Below are positions 12,887 to 24,458 of a stretch of 64,000 nt of DNA, piece by piece. Origin of the DNA: Hypanus sabinus (lineage: Eukaryota); assembly GCF_030144855.1 (NCBI RefSeq), contig NC_082712.1, positions 65,286,001 to 65,350,000 on the forward strand. The letters run 5' to 3'. Below the pieces are notes generated by a model that saw only the letters and a program-made list of their open reading frames with translations, ran no database searches and had not been told where the DNA came from. Position numbers and translations under genes: made by a program. Numbering within the stretch: the first letter of the stretch is position 1; every line of letters starts with the position of its first letter.

Positions 12887-14385
12887 TTAGTCATAGAGAA
12901 GTATAGCACAGAAATAGACCCTTTTGATCACCTAGTCCATGCTGAAACATTTAATCTGCCTAATCCATTCAACCTGCATCAGGACCATACCCCTCCCATC
13001 CATTTAGCTTTCCAAACTTCTCTTATGTTGAAATAGAAATTGCATTCGCCACTTTCACTACCCTGTGAGTGAAGAAATTTCCCCTCATGTTCCCCATAAA
13101 TATTTCACCTTTCACCCTTAACCCATGATCTCTAGTTCTCACCGAACCTCAGTGGAAAAAGCCTCTTTGCATTTACCGTATCTATACACCTCATAATTTT
13201 GTATATTTCAGTCAAATCTCCCCTCAATCTTCTATGTGCCAAGAAATAAAGTCCTCACCTATTCAATCTTTCCTTGTAAGTCAGGTCCTCCAGACCCAGC
13301 AACATCTGTGTAAATTTTCTCTGCACTCTTTCAATCTTATTTGAGTCTTTCCTGTAGACAGGTGACCAGAATTGTGCACAGGTCTTACCAAAGTCTTATA
13401 CAACTTTAACAAGGCATCCCATCTTCCATACTCAGTACACTGATTTATGAAGACAAATGTGCCAAAGTTTTCTTTATGACCCTATCTACCTGTGACACAT
13501 GTATTCCAAGCTCCCTTTGTTCCTTTCAGTGCCCTCCTGCTCACTGCGCAAGGCCTATCCTGATAGGTCCTCCCAAAGTGCAACACCTCACACTTATCTG
13601 TATTAAATTCCATCTGCCATTTTTCAGCCCATTTTTCCAGCTGGTCCCGATCCCACTGAAAGCTTTGATAGCCATCCTTGCTGTCCACTACATCCCCAAT
13701 CTTGGTGTCATCTACAAATTTGCTGATCTAGTTAACCACATTAGCATCCAGATCATTAATTTAGATGCTAAACAACAATGGACAGCAGTCAAAGAGGCAA
13801 CCATCTACTAACACTCTTTGTCTTCTCCCGCAAAGCCAATGTCTAATCCAATTAACGATCTCATCTTGAAACAAGCAACTAAACTTTCTTGACCAATCTC
13901 CCATACCAGGGCTTGTGAATTGCCCTGCTAAAGTCCATGTCAACAACATCCACTTGTCTTCATTATTTTTTCTGGTACCCTCCTTGAAAATCTCTATAAG
14001 GTTGGTTAAACAAGACCTACCATGCACAAGGCTATGTAAACCATCCAAATAGTCGTATCCGGTCAATTAGAATATCTTCCAACTTTCCAACTACTGATGT
14101 CAGGCTTATTGGCCTATAACTTTCTGACACATTCTTAGAGTCTTTTTAAAAATCTTTCCACAGTGGAGCCGCATTAGCTATCCTGCAATCCTCTGGTACT
14201 TCACTTCTCCCTAAGAATGATTTAAATATCTTTGCTAGGGCCCCTACAATTTCTGCACTTGCCTCCCACAGGGTCCAAGGGAACACCTCATTAGGCCCTG
14301 AAGATTTGTCCAACCTAATTTGCCTCAAGACAGCGAAGACCTTCTCATCTGTAATCTGTATATGGTGCATGACTTCACTGCTGGT
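12887..14385 (-). mobile_element. CR1 (HER1-like) LINE RT fragment
   Basis: Peptides LDKSSGPNEVFP, HGRSCLTNLIEIF and WAEKWQMEFNTDKCEVLHFGR. Confidence 0.9.
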
Positions 14386-14599
14386 TCTAAGATCTTGAGT
14401 GGCTATTTGTTTGTGGGTGTGGGAAATTAACTCATTTAGTAATTGAATGGGAAGTAACCTGTGAGGCAAGCTCCATTTTGATTTTCTCAAATTTTGTAAC
14501 CCTGGAATTATTCACCTAATAAACTGTATTGAAGTTTATCAGCGGCTGGACGGGAATTGACCTCATAGTGTTCTGGTAACACGGTCACTACTGCCATTC

Positions 14600-15200
14600 A
14601 TTATGCTGGGGGCTATCCACAGAAAAGGGTTACTATTAAATGCAGCTGGGTTTTGGGAAAAGCCTTTTCAGTCAGAGAGTGGTCAAAGTGTACAGTTTTC
14701 AGTCCAGGAGTCATTAAACCAAAGGGAAGTCTCATAAATCCAAAGGAAACAGTAGTCTATGAAAGCAAATCTTCCCTGAACATCTTGATCCTATTTTGTA
14801 ACCTAATTTTGATATTCCACTACTTTGCTACTGAGATTCACCATGGCTGTCTATCACACAACTTGCTAAGTTTGAAGGCCTCAATTTGATTACACTCTCA
14901 GCTCACCATTTCCTAGAGAAAAGATATCTGGTTTGGCTATCTTTCCCTGAGGTGGCTTTTCCACCTGATGGGATAATATACTCTGCTAAATTTACTGTTC
15001 CTTGTATCAGTGACAAGAACGATCAGGAAGGAAATGAAACCCACCATCCAGGGAATTTAGCAGGAATCCCAGTTGGTTAGAAGCCTGTCCATAATGTTCC
15101 TAATTTCTAGTTTCTGTTTCTCTCCTTTCCTCTGATAGTCTTCCACTCTGATTCCTCTTCCACTCCATAACCCCCAGGCAATGGGAGCTAGGAGGGTAGA
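14600..15200 (-). mobile_element. Very decayed LTR-retrotransposon pol-like remnant
   Basis: Minus strand near 14715-14750 reads FGFMRLPFGLM, resembling the Gypsy RT motif (Y/F)xFxRMPFGL. Confidence 0.3.
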
Positions 15201-15479
15201 GACAGCTCTGAAAGTGAGTGCAGAAGGTGCCTGAAGGAACACGTATGTTGTGGGAGCAATTGAGTAAATTACAGTCATCCTAACTTTTAGTAGGAGTCCT
15301 ACACAATTGCATGGAAGCTGGGTTTTACTACTTCTTTGATACTGTTTATCACTGACATTGAGGAAGTGTAGAGATTAAAATATATTGTCCTGTTTTGGTA
15401 GATTTTGTCAAATTGTTTTAGCTAGCTTTAACTCTGTAACTAATCCTGGCCAAGTAGTTCAATGGTTTCATTTAATAAC

Positions 15480-15673
15480 AAGATAGAAAACTTTCCAGTT
15501 TACATTGTATGCAATATTTTAATTAACTTGAATTATCAATTGAAATAATAAACATAAGTTTATTAAAAAATGGTGTGATAGGGAAATTTCATGGTGATTT
15601 TCATGATCAGTAGCCCAAAATTCATAAGATACGCCTAAAGGTATTCAAGAAGCAAAATATTTGTAGTCCAGCG
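15480..15673 (-). mobile_element. Chapaev3 transposon 5' terminal fragment
   Basis: The reverse complement aligns with 59612-59810; ends ...gtagtccagcg followed by taa. Confidence 0.8.
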
Positions 15674-15679
15674 TAATAA

Positions 15680-16270
15680 TTCACCTGACAATTTGCCATA
15701 ACACAGACACTCTCTGTCTCTCCCTAATAAGGGAAAAAGAGGTGTCCCCTTTCACAGTGACATAATAAAACAACTTGCTGATTTACAGTGTTAAAAATCC
15801 ATCACGCTGCTTTTTTTTCCTTGAGTTCTGTGACTTGGGAATCAGTAACAATCTTTCCCCCACTGATGAGAGAGAGAGAGAGACAGAGAGCACGGCTCAC
15901 CAAGTACACAGCCTCTGATAGCTAGTCACTGTTCCCATTGTTCTGTTTTCTCCTGTAACACTTTATTCAGTGGCACCAGTTTAGAATCATCCCATCCGCA
16001 GGGTCATGAAACCTCGGAGCCCCGAAGACACGCTTGTCTTTTAGGCTGTGTTCTTGAGATATCAAAAATCGGCCGGTCTTGAGTCCCTGAGAGTGGGTCT
16101 CACCCCTGAAGTCAGAGTATTACTACAAGTCAGGGTCTTCAACAGAACCCCATGCACCTTAAAAAGGAAAAGCAGGGATATTAAATATGGAAATTATTGA
16201 TAAAAGTGAAGGAGTTGTAGTTTAGCGCCATCGTGACTTGGCCTCCACCTACATAGACTGTTACGAGCTC
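15680..16270. mobile_element. LTR-like repeat remnant
   Basis: Resembles LTR families I recall from ray genomes (gaggtgtcccctttcacagtg...); contains (GA)n at 15868-15890. Termini not resolved. Confidence 0.35.
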
Positions 16271-16289
16271 TCTGGCTCTGTGGTAGACA

Positions 16290-16900
16290 TAGATACAAGA
16301 AGCATCACAGCACAGAAACAGGCCGTTATTCTGTCTAGTGCCATTCACCTGCACCTAGACCATCGTCCTCCACATTCATGTACCTATCCAAACCTCCGCC
16401 CGATATTGCAACCTAACCCACCTCCACTCGATATTGCAACCTAACCCACCTCCACTCGATATTGCAACCTAACCCACCACCACTTCTGCTGGCAGCCCAT
16501 TCCACACTCTCACCACCCTCTGATTGAAGGCACTCATACTCAGTTTTCCCTTAGATATTTCTCCTTTTACCTTTAAGCTATGATCTCTTATTCTAGTCTC
16601 GCTCAAACTCGGTGGAAAAAAGCCTGCCTTCATTCTTTGACCCTCCAGGGGATAATGTCCTAACCTATTCAACCTTGCTCTATAACTCAGGTCCTCAAGT
16701 CCCAGCGACATCCCTGTAAGTTTTCCTGCACTCTTTCAATCTTATTGATATCTTTCCTGTGAGGAAGTGACCTGAATTCCACAAAATACTCCAAATTTGG
16801 CCTCACCAACACCAACTTAAACGTAACATTCCAACTCCTGTGCTTAATATACTCTGATTTATGAACACCAATGTACCAAAAAACTCTCTTTATGACTCTA
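16290..16900 (-). mobile_element. CR1 LINE 3' fragment
   Basis: Peptide GLEDLSYRARLNRLG...AFNQRVVRVWNGLPAEVV. Confidence 0.85.
16401..16484 (+). repeat. 28-bp tandem triplication
   Basis: cgatattgcaacctaacccacctccact x3, nearly identical copies. Confidence 0.95.
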
Positions 16901-17221
16901 TCGTTGTGACAGAGTTCATATAAGTTTACAACTGTGCATTGTGTTTGCTCTCACTGGTGTGCTTTGCAGCCAAGCAGGCATAATGCCTCCACATATCACT
17001 TGTTAGCCCTGGGGTAAGATACGGTATCTTAATTGTTCTTCTGAAGTTTGTGAAGCTAGGCCAATCTTCCGCTGCTTCGCTGTTGCACATAGCAGTAAAT
17101 ATGTATAGGCTTATACTCCTCCATTTAACTTTTAAGATTCATTATTTAAAATTTTGGTTGAGCACTGTTAGACATGTCTCTTCTAAACTTAAAAGTTTCT
17201 GAAATGATGGATCTTGAGCAA

Positions 17222-17378
17222 GGCACACAAAATGCTGGAAGAACTCAGCAGATCAAGCAGCATCTGTGGAGAGAAATAGACAGTCAACGTTTAGGGCAGA
17301 GACACCTCATGGCCTGTTTCTTCCCCACCAGAGATGTTGTCTGACCTGCTGTGTTCCTGCAGTAGTTTGTATGTGTTA
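17222..17378. mobile_element. Palindromic Penelope-derived mini-element
   Basis: Arm cacacaaaatgctggaagaactcagcagatcaagcagcatct and inverted arm agatgttgtctgacctgctgtgttcctgcagtagtttgtatgtg. Confidence 0.7.
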
Positions 17379-17483
17379 TTTTTAAACTGATGCTCCCTCT
17401 GCCCCCTCAGGCAACCGTTCCTTAGCTCTACAGCAAGGAACTTGGGAACGTAGTCAATGCCTAACATAGTCAACAGTGAAAGA

Positions 17484-20400
17484 TAGGTAGATAGATAGAT
17501 AGACAGATACTTTATTGATCACAAAGGAAACTACAGAGTCACGGTAGCATTACAAGTTCACAGATTTACAAATATACGAGTATTGGAAGAGAAGTAAGAA
17601 ATCAAGAAGAGATCATACAGTCTGGTCAAGTGAAATAGGAATTGATATGAAAGGAGAGGGGAGTAACGAATTAAAAGTATATATGAATGCACGAAGTATA
17701 AGGAATAAAGTAGATGAGCTTGAGGCTCAGTTGGAAATTGGCAAGTACGATGTTGTGGGAATAACAGAGACATGGCTTCAAGCGGACAGGGCCTGGGAAA
17801 TGAATATTCAAGGATATACATCTTATCGAAAGGAGGGACTGACTGGTAGAAGGCTCTGTTGATGAGGAATGATATTCAGTCCCTTGCGAGGGAGGACATA
17901 GAATCAGGGGATGTAGAGTCAGTATGGATAGAACTGAGAAATACTAAGGGTAGAAAGACCCTAATTGGAATTATCTACAGGCCCCCAAACAGCAGTCTGG
18001 ATGTAGGGTGTAAGTTGAATGAAGAGTTAGAATTGGCATGTCGCAAAGGTAATGATACAGTTGTCATGGGGGATTTCAACATGCAGGTAGACTGGGAGAA
18101 TCAGAATGGTACTGGACCCCAAGAAAGGGAGTTTGTGGAGTGTCTCCGAGATGGATTCTTAGAACAGCTTGTACTGGAGCCTACCAGGGAGAAGGCAATT
18201 CTAGATTTAGTGTTGTACAATGAACCAGATTTGATCAGGGACCTCAAGGTAAAGGAACCATTAGGGGGTAGTGACCATAATATGATATGTTTTAACCTAC
18301 AATTTGAGAAGGAGAAGGGAAAATCAGATGTGTCAGTATTACAGTTGAACAAAGGGAACTATGGAGCTATGACGGAGGAGCTGGCCAAAGTTCAATGGAA
18401 CAATACCCTAGCAGGGAAGACAGTGGAACAACAATGGCAGGTATTTCTGGGAATAATGCAGAAGGTACAGGATCGGTTCATTCCAAAGAGGAAGGAAGAT
18501 CCTAAGGGGAGTAAGGGGGGGCTGTGGCTGACGGGGGAAGTAAAGAGCAGTATAAAAATAAAAGAGAAGAAGTATAACATAGCAAAGATGATAAGGAAAC
18601 CGGAGAACTGGGAAGCTTTTGAAGAGCAACTGAAGATAACAAAAAAGGCAATAACGCCAAGAAAAAATGAGGTACGAAGGTAAACTAGCCAAGATTATAA
18701 AGGAGGATAGTAAAAGCTTCTTTAGGTATGTGAATAGTTAAAAAATAGTTAAGACCAAACTTGGGCCATTGAAGACAGAAACGGGTGAATTTATTATGGG
18801 GAACAAGGAAATGGCAGATGAGTTGAACAGGTACTTTGGATCTGTCTTCACTAGGGAAGACACAAACAATCTCCCAGATATAATAGTGGCCAAAGGAACT
18901 AGGGTAAAGGATGAACTGAAGAAAATTTATATTAGGCAAGAAACGGTGTTGGATAGACTGCTGAGTCTGAAGGCTGATAAGTCCCCAGGACCTGATGGTC
19001 TACATCCCAGGGTACTTAAAGAGGTGGCTCTAGAAATTGTGGATGCATTGGTAATCATTTTCCAATGTTCTATAGATTCAGGAACAGTTCCTGCTAATTG
19101 GAGGGTGGCTAATGTTGTCCCACTTTTCAAGAAAGGAGGGAGAGAGATGGTGGGAAAGGTACTGAAGTCAATTATAAAAGAGGAAATTACGACACATTTG
19201 GTTAGCAGTAGAAGGATCAGTCTGAGTCAGCATGGATTTATGAAGGGAAAATCATGCTTGACTAATCTTCTGGAGTTTTTTGAGGATGTAACTATGAAAA
19301 TGGACAAAGGAGAGCCAGTGGATGTAGTGTACCTGGACTTCCAGAAAGCTTCTGATAAAGTCCCACATAGGAGATTAGTGGGCAAAATTAGAGCACATGG
19401 TATTGGGGGCAGAGTACTGACATGGATTGAAAATTGGCTGGCTGACAGGAAACAAAGAGTAGCGATTACCGGGCCCCTTTCGGAATGGCAGGCTGTGACC
19501 AGTGGGGTACCTCAAGGTTAGGTGCTGGGACTGCAGCAGTTTACAATATACATTAATGACTTAGATGAAGGGATTAAAAGTAACATTAGCCGATGACACA
19601 AAGCTGGGTAGCAGTGTGAAATGTCAGGAGGATGTTATGAGAATGCAGGGTGACTTGGACAGGTTGGGTGAGTGGGCAAATGTATGGTAGATGCAGTTTA
19701 ATGTGGATAAATGTGAGGTTATCCACTTTGATAGCAAGAACAGGAAGGCAGATTACTATCTAAATGGAGTCAAGTCAGGAAAAGTGGAAGTACAACGAGA
19801 TCTAGGTGTTCTTGTACATCAGTCAATGAAAGCAAGCATACATGTACAGCAGGCAGTGAAGAAAGCTAATGGCATGCTGGCCTTTATAACAAGAGGAATT
19901 GAGTATAGGAGTAAAGAGGTCCTTCTGCAGCTGTACAGGGCCCTGGTGAAACCCCACCTGGAGTATTGTGTGCAGTTTTGGTCTCCAAATTTGAGGAAGG
20001 ACATTCTTGCTACTGAGGGAGTGCAGCGTAGGTTCACAAGGTTAATTCCCGGAATGGCGGAACTGTCATATGTTGAAATATTGGAGTGACTGGGCTTGTA
20101 TACACTGGAATTTAGAAGGATGAGAGGGAATCAGATTGAAACATATAAGATTATTAAGGGATTGAACACGCTGGAGGCAGGAAGCATGTTCCCACTGATG
20201 GGTGAGTCCAGAACTAGAGGCCACAGTTTAAGTATAAGGGGTAGGCCATTTAGAACAGAGATGCAGAAAAACTTTTTCACCCAGCGAGTGGTGGATACGT
20301 GGAATGCTCTGCCCCAGAAGGCAGTGGAGGCCAAGTCTCTGGATGCATTCAAGAGAGAGTTAGATTGAGCTCTTATAGATAGTGGGGTCAAGGGATATGG

Positions 20401-20730
20401 GGAGAGGGTAGGAACAGGGTACTGATTGTGTATGATCAGCCATGATCACAGTGAATGGCAGTGCTGGCTAGAAGGGCTGAATGGCCTACTCCTGCACCTA
20501 CTGTCTATTGAATAAAATATAAATTACCTCAAACAGTCTAACAAGAGGAGATCATCACTACCCCGGCTATAGGTTGACTCATTATAGAGCCTAATGGCGG
20601 AGGGTAAGAATGACCTCATATAGCGCTCTTTGGAACAGTGCAGTTGCCTTAGTCTGTTACTAAAAGTGCTCCGCTGTTCAGCCAAGGTGGCATGCAGAGT
20701 GTAAGAAACATTTTCCAGAATGCCAGGATA
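17484..20730 (-). mobile_element. Rex1-type LINE 3' fragment split by the CR1 insertion (pieces 17484-17600 and 20510-20730)
   Basis: (agat)n tail plus tactttattgatc...gaagtaagaaa joins gaataaaatataaattacc...atggcggagggtaagaatgacctc; similar element at 28474-28785. Confidence 0.65.
17601..20509 (+). mobile_element. CR1 LINE with near-complete ORF2 (APE endonuclease plus RT), inactivated
   Basis: YMNARSIRNK, GITETW, IYRPPN, VVMGDFN, GSDHN, KSPGPDGLHPRVLKE, VVYLDFQK, VTSGVPQG and WNALPQKAV motifs in order; stops and frameshifts; tail ctactcctgcacctactgtctattg. Confidence 0.95.
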
Positions 20731-20949
20731 TTCTTAAAGGTAGATGTTCTGGTTATTATTACTTTGCTGTTTGTGGGAACTTAATGTGTTCAAAGTGGCT
20801 ATGATGTTTCTTACATTACAAGAGTGCCTGTACCAGAAAAGTTGTTTTCTATATGTTTTTAGACAGGTTGGCCTGATGACAGATGGTATACCAATGCAGG
20901 TCTTCCTTTAGCACACAATTTCCTGCTGCACTGGAGTGAGACTGTGCTG

Positions 20950-21275
20950 GGAAGGTGAACAGGCACAATGTTTTTCCTAGGGTAGGGGACTCTAAAACCA
21001 GAGGGGAGAGAATCAAAGAGGGAAGGGAAAAATTTAGAGAGGAACTGATGGTTAACTTTTTCACACAGATGGTGGTGGGCACATGGCATGAGCTGCCAGA
21101 GAAAGTGGTTGGATTGGATAGTTATACAATGACACTTTAAAGACATTTAGACAGGCATGTGGATAGCAAAGCTTTAAAAAGGATATGACCCAAACACAGG
21201 CAAGAGGGATTAGTAAACAGGTCAGCATGGATATGTTTGGTTGAAGGGTCTGTTTCCATTCAGTATAACTCTATG
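20950..21275 (+). mobile_element. CR1 3' end fragment
   Basis: FFTQMVVGTWHELPEKVV plus tail. Confidence 0.8.
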
Positions 21276-21517
21276 ATCTGAAATAAATTTATTATCAAAG
21301 TATGTGTACAGAACTTGTCCAAAGTTTCTTCAGCAAAGACAATACAACACAAATGTGTTGTGTTCAGCTTCCACTCCAGACCACCATCGGAGTGTGAAAT
21401 GCTGTGGTGAGTTTGAAGCTTCATGGAGACTCTTCCCATCAATTTTTCACCATTGAAGTGTCACTTTTCCTCATCAAACTCCACTTCAGCCTATTCGTCA
21501 GGGAATGAATGGTCACA

Positions 21518-21629
21518 CACTCAAAAAGCTGGAGGAACTGAGCAGACCAGGCAGCATCTGTGGAAAAGAGTACGGTCGACATATCGGGCCAAGACTCTTT
21601 GACAGGCATCTGCAGATTTTCTCTTGTTT
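21518..21629. mobile_element. Penelope-derived mini-insert with internal inversion and 13-bp TSD
   Basis: TSD atgaatggtcaca at 21505-21517 and 21630-21642. Confidence 0.8.
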
Positions 21630-22679
21630 ATGAATGGTCACAGTTGCATAAGATATCGGTATAGATTCACTGCAAGAGAAGCCTCCAAACTAGTAGGGCT
21701 GCTCTATTTAAAGACAAAATAGACATCACAACTTCCGCATGAAATTGAAATCTATACAGCTGTTGAGGTCTTTTTTATAAGCAGATAACTTCTAAATAGA
21801 TAACAATGTTCCAAGTCGTGACTGAGATCAAATTTACCCTGGTTCTCGAAAGAATGCTTTTTCCATTTCCATGATTGTGTGCATATTTTGAGAAAGCACA
21901 GAATTTAAAGCAACTGTCACAATGTTCATTGGTACATATTTATGCAAATTATGCAGTGATATCACAGCCTGTTGTTTTAAACAAAGCAGTGTACTATAAA
22001 GAGGACCTGTCATTATTTACAAGTTGTATGAAGTTACCTGAGCACTTAATAAGGTGTCATTTCAGACAATGTTTTTGGATAAGATTGGGATAGCAGCTTG
22101 GGCAAGTTAAAACCTAGAGAAGTTATAAAGCCGCTTTAACTCAGCAGGCAGGGAACTTCCTTGCCACGGTCATGTTAAAAAGGCATTCTTCCCATGACTT
22201 TTAACAGCTGGCACATCCATCATTCTTCTGTCTGTTGGTTTGAAAACCAAGAATTCAGAAGCAAGAGACAAGAGCTGAGAAACTCTGCAATTGTATGGCC
22301 TGATTTTTCGGCCCCTGAGGGTACTGGGGGGCGGAGGCTCGTCCGGTCAGATGTGAACTATAAGAGAAAGGAAATCATTCTTGTGTGAATGCTAACCATT
22401 GTTCAGGATGCTTTAAAGCCCAAAGCGGGATCTGTTAGTGCTTACACAGAACCACATAACAGCTTCCATTGTCTATTGGAAGGTCCCCCAAGCTGACTGC
22501 CCCCCCTCTTCTGAGGTTACGTTTGTACTTGAAATGTACCCTAGAAAGAGAAGCCTGTGGCCACTGGCTCATTAGGGGTTTTCTGCTTGTGGACCCCTAA
22601 AATAACACTAGAAAGACTTTAGCTTCTGGATCTTAAAAACAGAAAGCACTGGAAATGCTCAGCAGGTCAGGCAATCATG

Positions 22680-23110
22680 CAAAGCAATTACAGGATATTA
22701 GCTATAAAGAGAGGCTGGAAAGACTGGATTGTTTTCTCAGTATCCAAGGCTGAGAGGAGACTTGTTAGAAGCTCATGTAATGAAAGAGATAGATAGGGTA
22801 GATCGGCAGAGTCATTTTCCCAGGGTAGAAATGTCAAATTCTAAAGAGCATAACTTTAGGATGAGAGAGGGGAAGTTCAAAGGGACTGAGGAAGGGGTCT
22901 TTTCTTACACAGGATCACGCTACCAGATAAGGCGATGGAAGCAGATACAATAAGTGGTGTTTAAGAGGTAATTATACAGAGTCAACAACATGAAAGGAGT
23001 GGAAGAATATGGAATATGTGCAGTCAGACGGGATTAGTTTCACATCTCATCATGGTCAGCACAGATGCTATGGGCCAAATGGCCTGCTGCTGTGCTGTAC
23101 TGCTCTATGA
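22680..23110 (+). mobile_element. CR1 3' end fragment
   Basis: RLRGDLLEA...DRVDRQSHFPRVEMSN. Confidence 0.8.
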
Positions 23111-24144
23111 AATAGAGCTGATGTTTCAGATTGGTGATCTTTCATCAGTACTGGGAAATAATTTGTGGACACATAGCAAAGATGTAGAGAAGCAAGACTT
23201 CCAGTCCATCAAGGCCACGTTGATCATGAACCACGATCAGTAACTATGCTAATCCTATTTTATTCCCTCACATTCATCTCCCTACCCTTCTTCATGACTC
23301 TATCACTCAGCTACCCACAAGGAGAAAATTACAATACTCAGTTAAGCTACTACTCAGCAAGCCTTTGGGATGTGACAGGAAACCAGAGCAGTTTTAAGGA
23401 GGTCATGATGATACTCACAGTCAGAATGGAACCCAAGTCTGTATCGTTGTGAAGCAGTGGGCTACTGAGGTTTTAATTAAGTTTCTTTAAAAATAAAGAG
23501 GAAGATATAAAATTAGACAGCTTCTACGTGGTGTTCTTATTACAAAAATCTTCTTTAAATGAAGCCAGTCCCGTTTAAGGCTACTTGCAGAATAAATGCA
23601 GTGATCCATAGTTGTTGGACTGATACATTTTTCATTGAAGTCTCTTTTAAAATGTTTCATGAATATTTATATTTTCAAAACAAAGAAGGGTGGGAGAATT
23701 GAACTGCTAACTCTGGCAATTTTGGTAGAGAGCAGGAGAGCAGGTATAGGCATCCAAGCCTATACTAAGGAACCATCTCTTCCTCTGCTTTAATAAACAT
23801 GTATGAAGGGATTGAACAGGTTACAGCCCCATTAAGATCTATAAGTATGACTATATTCTTTATTGTCTTCCCTTCCTCCGTGGTTTATCAGCAATCTCAC
23901 AAATACAGGTTTTTCACTGACCCAGCACTCCTGATAATATTACCTCTAGCCAAAGAACTCCTGAGCTACAGTTGATATAACCACTATTCCTTTGCCATTT
24001 TTGAAAATGTTCCCAGCCTCACAGGGATGCCCATGTTTTTCCTTTGCAACCTCGTCACTTGTGTAACGTTTGAAACTTGGCATCTTTTTTGCCACAGTGA
24101 CTGTGTTACCCGATATGGATATTGGTCACCCCTCCAGCAGTACT

Positions 24145-24458
24145 GGATGGCATGTTGGCTTAGATAGAGAAGCCACAGACTCACACTTGCAGTCACCTGG
24201 AGAGTGTAGAGTTTGCATGTTCCTTCTGTGACCGCATGGTTTTTATCCCACATTGCAGGGACCTGGTGGTTGATGGTCCACCTTTGGTTGCCTCTGGTGT
24301 GTGGTGAGTGGTGCAATCCTGGGAGAGGTGATAAAAAAAATGGGGAGCATAAAAACTGGGATTAATGTGGAATTAGTGTAAATGGGTAGTTGATGGTCAG
24401 TACCGAGTTGATGGTCCAAAGTGCCTGTTTCTGAGCTGTATCACTCTATGACGCAATG
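24145..24458 (+). mobile_element. HE1-like SINE
   Basis: gagtttgcatgttccttctgtgaccgcatggttt core; CR1-like tail cctgtttctgagctgtatcactctatgac. Confidence 0.7.

Noticed and set aside
17859-19521. Long ORFs (274 and 250 aa) as host genes or a domesticated RT
   Set aside because: Ordinary CR1 ORF2 pieces separated by stops and frameshifts, with a deletion of a conserved motif.
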